From the NCBI GenBank assembly GCA_963823335.1, contig CAWGLD010000001.1, positions 1,344,001 through 1,408,000 of the forward strand: 64,000 nt of DNA, in the 5' to 3' direction. This stretch comes from an uncultured delta proteobacterium (GTDB lineage Bacteria > Desulfobacterota > Desulfobacteria > Desulfobacterales > B30-G6). The notes beneath the pieces were generated by a model. That model was not told where the DNA came from. It did no database searches and saw nothing but the letters and a program-made list of their open reading frames with translations. Positions 40,555 to 49,402 of the stretch are shown here, piece after piece (positions within the stretch are counted from its first letter, which is position 1; every line of letters starts with the position of its first letter). The translations under genes and the position numbers were made by a program.

Positions 40555-42008
40555 CTGTACCAATCCTCGAGTTCGAATAATCGTTGGGTCATCTGATAGC
40601 GTCCGTCGGCAAAAACACCATAATCGCCACCGCCCCCCATGGCTGAAGCAAACCGGGCGGTATTGGCGTAAAAGAGCCATTGGTCGCACCAGAGCCTTTC
40701 CGGGTATTCATCGAAAGGGTTTTCCGCATTTGCCAGCCCGGCCGCCCAGATATCCGACATAATGTGGGTTGTGGTGAGGGTGGTGGCATTGGTTTCCTGA
40801 ATCGTGTTTTCAAAGCGTTGCCAGAACCCATTGACCCAACTCGACCCGTGGCAGTTAAGACAGATCTGTTTCAACTGTACGGTACGCTCTTTTTGCTCTG
40901 TTTCCGAAATAAGATAATTTTCGGCTGAAGTGCCGTTCATATCGGTCGGCAAGGGCTGTCCGGCCGCGTTCCGGATGATGGAAGTGTCCGGATTCCGGGG
41001 ATAAGGATGGGCGTAGATGAGCCCGAACAGACGCCAGGGAAGCCGGTCATTGAAGCGGTGCGAACGCTGGGAAACGACGTCACCTTCTGTGTTGACCAGC
41101 AGGCTGATATGGCAGCCCGCACAGGTGGGGGCGGTGAAATCTTTACCGATGGTCCAGGGTACCGCTTTGAAATTCCATTCGCCCTGATGGGTTTCGAATA
41201 GATTGCCGTGCTTGCTGGAGGAATAAACCTTATAGACCGGCACGTCCGGTCCCACATGGCACTCCTTGCAGGTATAGGGCTTTCTGGCCATCTCAATGGA
41301 AAACGCGTGGCGGGTGTGGCACGGGGTGCAGGCTCCCAGGCTACCGTCAAGGTTGATGCGGCCCACACCCTGGTTGGGCCAGCCCTTGATGATGGGAAAG
41401 TCCAGTTCACCGGCGGCGTCCGTGTCGCGTGTTTCCGTACCCGTAAGCTCGAGAACGGTGCCGTGACAGTAGTAGCAGCTCTCGGCTTTTGTCATGTCGC
41501 TTTCAGGCTCAACGTGTAACCTGCCGCCCTTGCGGGAGGTCTTTCCTAGGATGCTGCGCTGAAGCTTCTGGTAAAGGGCATTACCGGCCAGGTTCTGGTA
41601 GGCATGCGCCATGAGATTTCCGGAATACTGTTCTGCTTCCACGGCATGACAGGTATTGCAATCTTTGGGGCTCACGACGATATGGATGTCATATCCATTG
41701 TGCTCAAACGTATCGGCATGCTCGGCGGGCCGCAGCATGTGGCATTCGGCACAGCCCACGGCCGTACCTCTTAGATTTTCAGGCACGTCTTTGCTTGAAA
41801 CCTTGAGGGCCAGGGCGTCTGCCTGCATGGCCTGGCCCGGTGTCATCGATGCGTGCCGGCTTTTCTGCCAGTCGGCCACGATACCGGGCTGGAAGGTGGC
41901 GTGGCAGTCGATACACTCGCCGGTCGCCTCACTTATCGGCACTTCCGCAGCAGGTGAGAGACAGGGAATCAGAAAGCAAATCCATAACGCACAGATAATG
42001 GGTTTCAT
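40530..42008 (-). CDS. Periplasmic octaheme cytochrome c, HAO-like family
   Basis: Signal peptide and eight CxxCH motifs (CIDCH, CAECH, CNTCH, CYYCH, CTPCH, CKECH, CAGCH, CLNCH); GWPNQGVGRINLDGS, CHTRHAFS. Confidence 0.9.
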   Translation of the reverse strand: MKPIICALWICFLIPCLSPAAEVPISEATGECIDCHATFQPGIVADWQKSRHASMTPGQAMQADALALKVSSKDVPENLRGTAVGCAECHMLRPAEHADTFEHNGYDIHIVVSPKDCNTCHAVEAEQYSGNLMAHAYQNLAGNALYQKLQRSILGKTSRKGGRLHVEPESDMTKAESCYYCHGTVLELTGTETRDTDAAGELDFPIIKGWPNQGVGRINLDGSLGACTPCHTRHAFSIEMARKPYTCKECHVGPDVPVYKVYSSSKHGNLFETHQGEWNFKAVPWTIGKDFTAPTCAGCHISLLVNTEGDVVSQRSHRFNDRLPWRLFGLIYAHPYPRNPDTSIIRNAAGQPLPTDMNGTSAENYLISETEQKERTVQLKQICLNCHGSSWVNGFWQRFENTIQETNATTLTTTHIMSDIWAAGLANAENPFDEYPERLWCDQWLFYANTARFASAMGGGGDYGVFADGRYQMTQRLFELEDWYRSAISHKP

Positions 42009-42162
42009 GAGGGCTTCCTCCAAGTTTTTTTATGCTACGGCAGGGATGTTTGCCGGCCGATGATATGGATAAGTTAGACCACTCACCAGGTGGAAGTCAA
42101 GAAATCGATTGACACAAAAAAAGGTTCAGGGCACAAATGTCGTCATTAAAATTAATCAAAGA

Positions 42163-42203
42163 ACGACAACGTCGCGTTTGATAAAATCGGGGACCGATTT
42201 TAT
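42163..42203 (+). repeat. 41-nt double-hairpin element, copy 3
   Basis: ACGAC-AAC-GTCGC-GTTTG-ATAAAATCGG-GGA-CCGATTTTAT before the AAGGAG RBS. Confidence 0.8.
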
Positions 42204-42221
42204 GATGAAAGGAGAGAAATC

Positions 42222-42803
42222 ATGAAACAGATTCTGTCGGCTGTTTTGATACTGGCGGTGATGGCGGGGACATGCCTGGGGCAGGAGAATGGGGTTTCCA
42301 GTCCCCAGGTGGTCATGGAAACATCAAAAGGGGAGATCGTTCTGGAGCTTTACCCTGACAAGGCGCCCCTGACCGTGAAAAACTTTTTGGATTATGTTGA
42401 TGCGGGGTACTACAATGGTACTGTTTTTCATCGGGTGATCCCAGGCTTTATGCTTCAGGGAGGAGGGTTTTCGCGGGACATGCAGAAAAAACAGGCCTCG
42501 ACGCCCATAAAGAACGAGGCGTACAATGGTTTGAAAAATGATCGTGGCTCCATTGCCATGGCGCGAACGCAGGATCCGCACAGCGCGTCGTCTCAATTCT
42601 TCATCAACACGGTGGACAATGCCTTTCTGAATTTCAAAAGCCAGACAACGGCCGGCTGGGGGTATGCCGTTTTTGGAAAGGTCATCAAAGGCATGGAGGT
42701 GGTGGACACCATTTCCACGGTACAAACCGGTACTCAGGGAAGATTTCGAGATGTTCCAGAAACGCCCGTAGAGATCATCAAGGTGCTAAAAAAAGCTCCT
42801 TGA
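42222..42803 (+). CDS. ppiA: Periplasmic cyclophilin-type peptidyl-prolyl isomerase
   Basis: Signal peptide; FHRVIPGFMLQGGG, AMARTQDPHSASSQFFIN, GYAVFGKV. Confidence 0.93.
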   Translation: MKQILSAVLILAVMAGTCLGQENGVSSPQVVMETSKGEIVLELYPDKAPLTVKNFLDYVDAGYYNGTVFHRVIPGFMLQGGGFSRDMQKKQASTPIKNEAYNGLKNDRGSIAMARTQDPHSASSQFFINTVDNAFLNFKSQTTAGWGYAVFGKVIKGMEVVDTISTVQTGTQGRFRDVPETPVEIIKVLKKAP

Positions 42804-42942
42804 TCACGACCTGCTTCAACGAGTCTTTCGGACGACACCGCCGGTATGGTCTCGGCAAAAAATCAGCAGGCCGATGGGGTCCGACCTGAAAACTGTTAGA
42901 AAACTTTAAAACCGAAAACCGTGCTCTCTTCTTAAAAGAGCC

Positions 42943-43018
42943 TGAACCGCAACAGCGAGCGCAGTCCCCGTAGGTTCTGCCGTTCGGCAGTGCTTGGCAT
43001 GCTGTGAGGTTCTTCAAT
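42943..43018 (-). repeat. 76-bp MITE/REP-like element, copy B
   Basis: Reverse-complement match to 23352-23427. Confidence 0.85.
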
Positions 43019-43187
43019 ATTTTGAAAATCAAGTTGGTTTGCTTTACATAAACCGGAAGCATGATTACTACTGTGTGGTATATATGTCCATCGATATAAT
43101 TATTGACTTTAAAATGAAACCAAAAGTTGAAACTTATCAGGGCCTTAAGCGCTGAGACGCGATTCAATTATAACTGGAGGGAATAAA

Positions 43188-43799
43188 GTGAAAAATATTC
43201 TTAAACTCATTGTTGCGGGTATTTTCCTGTTGGTTGGATGTGCAACTTCCGGTCCACCGCCTGTGATGGATACAGGATCTTCCGAACCTGGTGGGTCCGT
43301 GACTCGCAAAGGGAACCCAACTAATTTGCTTGGCAACGCTATTCAATTAGGAAATCCACTTCCTTCTGTCGAGCTGGTGGACAGCAGCAGCATGAAACCA
43401 GTAGATTTGTCCCTGGAAAAAGGAAAAGTCTTGCTACTGAGTATCGTGCCGTCAATCGACACCAAGGTATGCGAAGAACAGACGCACTACCTGGGAGAAG
43501 AGGGAGACCGTCTATCTTCCAATGTTGAGCGGATCACTATAAGCCGAGACACGCCCTTTGCCCACCGTCGATTTTCGGAAGAAGCGAAACTCACTGATAT
43601 TCGATATCTGTCGGACTACAGGGAGGGGCAATTTGGTCTTGCAACCGGTCTGTTGGCAGAGGATGTAAGACTCTTAGCCAGGTCGATCATTATTGTGGAT
43701 CAAGCGGGCATCGTCCGATATATCCAAGTGGTGCCGGAACAAAGCCACTTGCCGGACATGGAGAAAGCCTTCACATTTGCACAGAGCTTAGCGAAATAA
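43188..43799 (+). CDS. Thiol peroxidase (Tpx-type peroxiredoxin), lipoprotein
   Basis: Lipobox LLVGC, VTRKGNP, PSIDTKVC peroxidatic motif, ISRDTPFA, LLARS. Confidence 0.85.
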   Translation: MKNILKLIVAGIFLLVGCATSGPPPVMDTGSSEPGGSVTRKGNPTNLLGNAIQLGNPLPSVELVDSSSMKPVDLSLEKGKVLLLSIVPSIDTKVCEEQTHYLGEEGDRLSSNVERITISRDTPFAHRRFSEEAKLTDIRYLSDYREGQFGLATGLLAEDVRLLARSIIIVDQAGIVRYIQVVPEQSHLPDMEKAFTFAQSLAK

Positions 43800-43965
43800 A
43801 AATAGGTATTTTCAATGGTTGAAGGGGAGATGGTGGGTCGGTCCGACCTAAAAACCGCTGAAAACGACCATTCCTGCGTGCGCATCGCCTAATGCCCTCG
43901 CGAGCGCTCACCGAACCCTCTGGCCCAGGGATTGGCACTTTTTAACATCAACTAATTGATGTTAT

Positions 43966-44013
43966 TGGTCGGGGCGGTAGGATTTGAACGTACGACTTCC
44001 TGCTCCCAAAGCA
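43966..44013 (-). other. Displaced 3' half of tRNA-Pro(TGG), att-site remnant
   Basis: Minus strand TGCTTTGGGAGCAGGAAGTCGTACGTTCAAATCCTACCGCCCCGACCA: anticodon arm, T-arm with one mismatch and CCA; D-arm and 5' acceptor strand absent. Confidence 0.85.
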
Positions 44014-44045
44014 ACTACCCCGCATTTTTTATGTAATATTTCCAA

Positions 44046-44483
44046 TTATTTCAGCGCCACTTTGTCGTTCTTGTTGTGTTTTTTGTTGCGGTTTTCGTCC
44101 GGAACTGCAACACGATCCGCAACAAACTTTCCCTCGATTTTCGTCAATGCTTCCTTCTGCTGGCCATCGATGGAGTGTAGATATATTTCCGTGGTTTTAA
44201 GGTTCTTGTGTCTTAACGTTTTCGATATGGTTTTGAGAGATACTTTTTCTTTATCGGCAAGGTATGACGCCATGAAATGACGAAGCGAATGGAAGTTGAA
44301 AACAGGCCCCTCAAATTCTTTTATCGTTTTCAACTCCGGCGCAAAGGCCCTCTTGCAGATCGACCGCATCATTTTGGGTCGTTTGTGATATCGGGTCTTA
44401 TATTTGGGGTTATAAAATACCCAGGTTTGGCTTTTTCGATTATCCCAAAGCCTCTTTAAGACGTCATATAGATCGTCGTTCAT
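44046..44483 (-). pseudogene. Tyrosine integrase, C-terminal fragment
   Basis: FHSLRH, LRHK and TTEIY catalytic residues; N-terminal domains missing. Confidence 0.88.
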
Positions 44484-44888
44484 ATATATGCTTGCTGGAA
44501 TATAACACTTTCATCTGCTTAGGGCTTTAGCAGCAGGAACATCCTCTTAATTATATCCAATAATGGCATTTTTTATCGTATTGGGAAACCCCAATATATT
44601 GAGGTCATGTGGTTTGTAGAATATCGGGGTGTCACAAAAGACTGTGTTACAAAGTCTTCAATCGGGATGGCTCGCCGTGTTTGATTAAATCTCAACTATT
44701 CGGTACCAAGCGATAATCAAAGGCTTGATTCGAAAATCTAAATCCAAAACCTTTCAACTTTGAAACTATCATTAGAACATTATCGACTGTATTCTGCTTT
44801 AGCAGGTAGCTGCTACCCAAAATGGCATTTCTGCTTGACCTGCGGAAACTGTTTGGGGTGAATGGTGTCTGCCGATCCGGCGGCGGCT

Positions 44889-46232
44889 TTAAGAATCGAG
44901 GTATTTACGGCCGAGCATGGCGGCCCCGCTCATGGAGGATTGTTCGGTGAAAATGTAGTCGGACCTGTGCATCCATTTCCTCTTGGCCCTGACAATAGCA
45001 TTATTGACCGCACCGCCGGTGAGGTGAATTGTCTTTTCAAGCAAGATTTTTTTTTCGATTTCTTTCAGGTGGGTCTGCTGGTATCTACACAACCCGCGGA
45101 CCATGGCTGCCAGGAGTTCCTCTCGGGTCGTTTCAATTGTCAGTCCCTGAAACTGGGCGGTGAGTGGTTCCTGGGAATAACGGGACCCTAGCAGGTAGGG
45201 AATGTAGGTAACCCCGCTATTCCGCCCGATCCATTTCTCGATTGATTGGGGCACGAATTCGGAGTAGAATGCTGCTTCGGACATTTCAGGTAGAAACAGG
45301 TTCTTAAACCATTCGAAGGCCTTACCGCCGGCATTCATGACATACAGGGTCAGCCAGCGGCCCGGAATGACATGGGCACGAATATTGTAATTAGATGACG
45401 CAAGGCATTCCGGCAGGCAAACCAGGGTGATTTCACAGGTGCCGTTCACGTTGATGATTTCTCCGGTGTTTTCGACGCCCATAGAATATGCCGCTAGAAC
45501 AGCGTCGTTGCCACCGATCACCACTGCCGGCTCTTTTTTGAACCCTAGAGACCGGGCCAGCGATGGCAGCATCCGACCAGGGCTTTTATGGGCTGGCATG
45601 AGCTCGGGTAATCGGGATACGTCAATTCCAAAGGTATCCGCAATTTCGGTGTTCCACGAATACTCGTACTCAGCTGTGTTGTAAAGCCCGGTCAACGATG
45701 CCGATGAGGGATCCATAGCGGCATGGCCGGTGAGCCATCGGGCCATAAACGAGTTGGAGTGACCGAAGATGCGCGCTTTTTCGAACACTGAAGGCATATT
45801 ATCCTTAATCCACAGGATTCCGGCCAGCGAGCAGCCGCCGGCTACCGGAATGTTGCCAGTTTTTTCCAGCAGGACATCCCATCCAACGATTTCGATGATC
45901 CGCCGGGCCTGCTTTCGGGAGCGCTGATCAAGCATCAATATGGCGGAACAAAGTGCGTCACCCGCCGCATCCATGGCAGTCAGACCAGGGGTGGTGCCTG
46001 ACAGGGCGATTGCATCCACATCGGCCAGATGAGGCCCAAGATACCGACATCCGTCCGTGAATGCCTGCTGCCACTTATCCGGTTCGATATCACCGAACAA
46101 ACCCCCGTTGTAAACATTGATCTCATATTCAACTGAGAATGACCGCAGCAGAATGAGTTCACCTTCACGGTCGTAAAACACGCCCATCTTCAGTCCGGTA
46201 GTTCCGATGTCCACCCCGAGTACATGCAACAT
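44889..46232 (-). CDS. FGGY family carbohydrate kinase (xylulokinase-like)
   Basis: LGVDIGTTGLK, LDQRS, GGNDA, NGT, YIPYLLG, LTGG. Confidence 0.88.
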   Translation of the reverse strand: MLHVLGVDIGTTGLKMGVFYDREGELILLRSFSVEYEINVYNGGLFGDIEPDKWQQAFTDGCRYLGPHLADVDAIALSGTTPGLTAMDAAGDALCSAILMLDQRSRKQARRIIEIVGWDVLLEKTGNIPVAGGCSLAGILWIKDNMPSVFEKARIFGHSNSFMARWLTGHAAMDPSSASLTGLYNTAEYEYSWNTEIADTFGIDVSRLPELMPAHKSPGRMLPSLARSLGFKKEPAVVIGGNDAVLAAYSMGVENTGEIINVNGTCEITLVCLPECLASSNYNIRAHVIPGRWLTLYVMNAGGKAFEWFKNLFLPEMSEAAFYSEFVPQSIEKWIGRNSGVTYIPYLLGSRYSQEPLTAQFQGLTIETTREELLAAMVRGLCRYQQTHLKEIEKKILLEKTIHLTGGAVNNAIVRAKRKWMHRSDYIFTEQSSMSGAAMLGRKYLDS

Positions 46233-46384
46233 GTTTTCCTTTCTGGAAATCCCTGTCCGAGTAAATCCTAACTGTATAGCACAGATAATTATGAGGCATC
46301 CGACTTATGTATTCTGCATACCAAATTCTACGCCACCCCTCACATGTCCAGAGAACAACTATTCTCAGGAGACCAGCTTTGGTC

Positions 46385-46682
46385 TTATTGCCTTGTTCCG
46401 ATAAATGTCTCGTTCCAATTACAAAAGTTGCCTCCATTGTTAGTACCATTGACCTCGTCGCTTCCAGTTAGGCTGCTTAAGGAGGTTAATGAGAAAGATC
46501 CGCTGATATTAACAGTATAGTCATCATTTTCTTCAATCCATGAACCAGAAAAATTATATGCTCCACCGCTTATGGTTCCATTTATAAGTTCATAGACATT
46601 CCCATCTTCATCAACCCAATCCCAGGTTCCAAGTATATCACCTGCTGTGCCACTGTCTCTCGCCCATGTTAAATCGTCGTCT
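46385..46682 (-). pseudogene. Startless C-terminal fragment of an acidic, beta-rich protein
   Basis: About 98 open codons DDLTWARDSGTAGDILGTWDW...WNETFIGTRQ*; not in the ORF track because it has no start codon. Confidence 0.45.
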
Positions 46683-46980
46683 AGGCACGCGCTATCATCA
46701 GCGCCTTCATCACCGCCTCAGTGCCGGAGTTAACAAAGCGCACCTGCTCTGCAGAAGGAACCAAATCATGAATTTTTTTTGCAACATCCAAGCTGAGCGC
46801 GGTCTTCATACTTGAGGTTATGCCATGCTTTAAAGACCAGGCAACAGCTTTCTCCACATCCTACAGTCGAGCTACCTGGGCCTTTTCGAAATAAATCGGT
46901 CGGCGAAAATTTGAGTGAACCCCTTCTGGGACAATGCCTTTATACTTTTCAAACAGCTCCTGGGATTTTTTTGTGTCCAT
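46681..46980 (-). pseudogene. Class III aminotransferase (HemL/GSA-aminomutase-like) remnant
   Basis: AGGAGG RBS, MDTKKSQELFEK..IVPEGVHSNFR..PIYFEKAQVARL*DV...[26 protein letters not shown]; internal TAG, apparent internal deletion, truncated. Confidence 0.82.
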
Positions 46981-47012
46981 GTCTTTTTTTCACCTCCTGT
47001 AGGCAAACGTTT

Positions 47013-47783
47013 TTAAATCATTACCGAAAAACCCCCATCGACAGGTATAGTGGTTCCGGTTACAAAATTCGATGCCATGCCCGATAAAAAAATGGCCAAG
47101 CCGGCAAGGTCTTCGGTCTCTCCCCACCGACCGACGGGTGTTCGTCCAATCACACGTTCATCTAAACCTTCCATATCTGCCTTGGCCTGAATAGTAAGTT
47201 CTGTATTTATCCAACCGGGAAGTATGGCATTCACCTGAATATTGTCAGGTCCCCACGCAACGGCAAGGCTTTTCGTTAATTGAACAATTCCCCCTTTGCT
47301 TGCAGCATAAGGTGCCAGCTTTGCACCACCGAATATGGAAGTCATGGATCCGATATTAATAATTTTGCCACCGCCCGCTTTCTTCATATGTGGATAGACA
47401 CTCTTGGCACACAAAAAAGACCCCCTCAAATTTATATCCAGCATTTGGTCCCATTCATGCAGAGTGTATTCCTCTGGATACTTGCGTATGTTGATGCCTG
47501 CGTTATTCACGAGGATATCTATTTGACCGAATTCTTCGAAAATATGATTTATCCCTTCCGCAATTTGATCTTCCTCGAGTATATCGGCCCTTATTCCACT
47601 CACTGCCGATTCTGACTTTCCACGAATTTCATTTACAGCACAATCGATATCAATCTGATTTCTGGCAATTAAAACCACATTCGCTCCGGCGTTTGCCAAA
47701 CCAGTAGCAATTGCCTTTCCGATGCCCTTGCTGCCGCCCGTTACAATGGCCACTTTATTGTCCAAGCCAAACAGATTTTCCAT
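47013..47783 (-). CDS. SDR oxidoreductase, KduD/gluconate 5-dehydrogenase-like
   Basis: TGGSKGIG, NNAGI, YAASKGG, VNAILPGW, PVDGG. Confidence 0.92.
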   Translation of the reverse strand: MENLFGLDNKVAIVTGGSKGIGKAIATGLANAGANVVLIARNQIDIDCAVNEIRGKSESAVSGIRADILEEDQIAEGINHIFEEFGQIDILVNNAGINIRKYPEEYTLHEWDQMLDINLRGSFLCAKSVYPHMKKAGGGKIINIGSMTSIFGGAKLAPYAASKGGIVQLTKSLAVAWGPDNIQVNAILPGWINTELTIQAKADMEGLDERVIGRTPVGRWGETEDLAGLAIFLSGMASNFVTGTTIPVDGGFSVMI

Positions 47784-48121
47784 CTTTCCAGTACCTCCCC
47801 AAAGTATGCGTTAACGTTTATTCCTCTCATGAAATCCTATTGATATCTGCCCTACCATAAATTCGATTATAAATCCATCAGCCATATGCCAAGTGCATAG
47901 TAGTAAAATAGTAACAGTATCCCATTTCATACCACCCCCTACCTCGCCATCCTATCCATGCCTTCGGTTCTGTATCAGCCACCACCAGTACCCAACACCC
48001 CACTCATGCAAACCACCAGTGCGCTACTCGGAATCAAATCCTGGACATCCTGTTTCTTCAGCATGCTGTTTTGTTTTTGGGTATGCTCTACAATGATAAG
48101 GAACAAGCGCCATTATTTTGA

Positions 48122-49348
48122 TTAATCAACAATCTTTCTGGGTTCTCGGTAAAAGATGGCACATAAGGTAGCAGTTAAGCCACCGATCCCAAGGACCATG
48201 AATGCCCAACTCCAGATTTCAGGTGAGGTGCCAGCTAGGTTTGTCAGATCAAGCATTGCACCGAACATGATTGGAGCAATACCTCCAGCTCCAAAACCAA
48301 GTAGAGCCCGGGCGGCGAGGATGGATCCGAGGTATCCCGGTTCCACAGTCTCGGTCAGTGCGGCAGACAGTACAGGGGAATCGCCAATTGCAAAAAAATA
48401 ATAAACAAACCCAATAAGCACCAAGAGCACAATGGGCCACGCGATTAACCAACCGATCACCAGCGAGATACAGGCACCGATTGCCGCAACCTGGATCAGA
48501 ACGACTCGCCTGCCCCGCCTATCCGCCAAGCGACCCATTGATACCGAGGCCAGTGCTCCAATGAGATGCATGGAAGCCACAAGATACGCACCGAACTGAG
48601 CTGTTTCACCGAAGCCATTTCCGGAAATGGCTATGCTTGCAGCAAAGAAAGCCGGTGTCCACGACCACATGCCCAGCAATTCCCAGCAATGGAAAGAGTA
48701 ACCAGCGATTAGTAGGCCAGCATTACGATTGCGCTGCAAAATTGTGGTTATGCGAAGGCGCTCGTCACGTGGATGGATGTTATTGGGGGTTGTTCTCAAT
48801 GCGCAATACAACAGGATTAGCCCGACTACGGGTAGACATCCGGTCACAATGAAAGCAATGCGATATCCTCCCCAAGTAAGGCACAGCCCTGACACTGCCA
48901 GTGAAAACGCGTATCCAACGGAAGTGCTCGCAATCAGATACCCTACCGCGGTACCACGTCTTGAGGAGTCATAGCGATCCGAGAACAGCATGATCGCTGG
49001 CGTATATAGGCCGCCTTGTGTAGTTGCCGCAAGACCATACAGTAATAGACCTGAGAGATAGGAATGTGCAAAAAAGCCAAACACCAAAGCCGATAATGCG
49101 CTCAGAACTGCAGAGAGAATAAATAATCGCTTCGCCCCAAAATGATCGGAGAGCCACGCAAACACGAACAGGGATGCGGCATATCCAACCATGAAAGCTG
49201 ATGAGATACTACCGGCCTGAGTGGCCGTCATATCCCATTCGTTGAGAAGGATCGGTAAACAGGCAGCGTATACCATGAAGTTCGCGTACATTGCTATGCG
49301 CGCAAAAAAAATCAAAACCAGCCATCTATCGAATCGAGTCGTTGTCAT
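48122..49348 (-). CDS. MFS transporter
   Basis: About 12 TM segments, LSDHFGAK and LADRRGRR motif A, HCWELLGMW. Confidence 0.9.
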   Translation of the reverse strand: MTTTRFDRWLVLIFFARIAMYANFMVYAACLPILLNEWDMTATQAGSISSAFMVGYAASLFVFAWLSDHFGAKRLFILSAVLSALSALVFGFFAHSYLSGLLLYGLAATTQGGLYTPAIMLFSDRYDSSRRGTAVGYLIASTSVGYAFSLAVSGLCLTWGGYRIAFIVTGCLPVVGLILLYCALRTTPNNIHPRDERLRITTILQRNRNAGLLIAGYSFHCWELLGMWSWTPAFFAASIAISGNGFGETAQFGAYLVASMHLIGALASVSMGRLADRRGRRVVLIQVAAIGACISLVIGWLIAWPIVLLVLIGFVYYFFAIGDSPVLSAALTETVEPGYLGSILAARALLGFGAGGIAPIMFGAMLDLTNLAGTSPEIWSWAFMVLGIGGLTATLCAIFYREPRKIVD

Positions 49349-49402
49349 TTGGAGGTAAATTGTATCTATTGCTAGATTTTCTGGGAGTGTGGTTTTTATA
49401 TA

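Noticed and set aside
43824-43875. Fluoride riboswitch-like GGAGATGG...AACCGC
   Set aside because: Pseudoknot pairing and the downstream conserved segment are missing, and there is no suitable downstream gene
43966-44040. Intact tRNA-Pro gene
   Set aside because: Similarity stops at the anticodon stem; there is no D-arm or 5' acceptor strand
46861-46863. In-frame TAG as pyrrolysine or readthrough
   Set aside because: It sits at an expected Trp (TGG to TAG) in a gene that is also internally deleted and truncated
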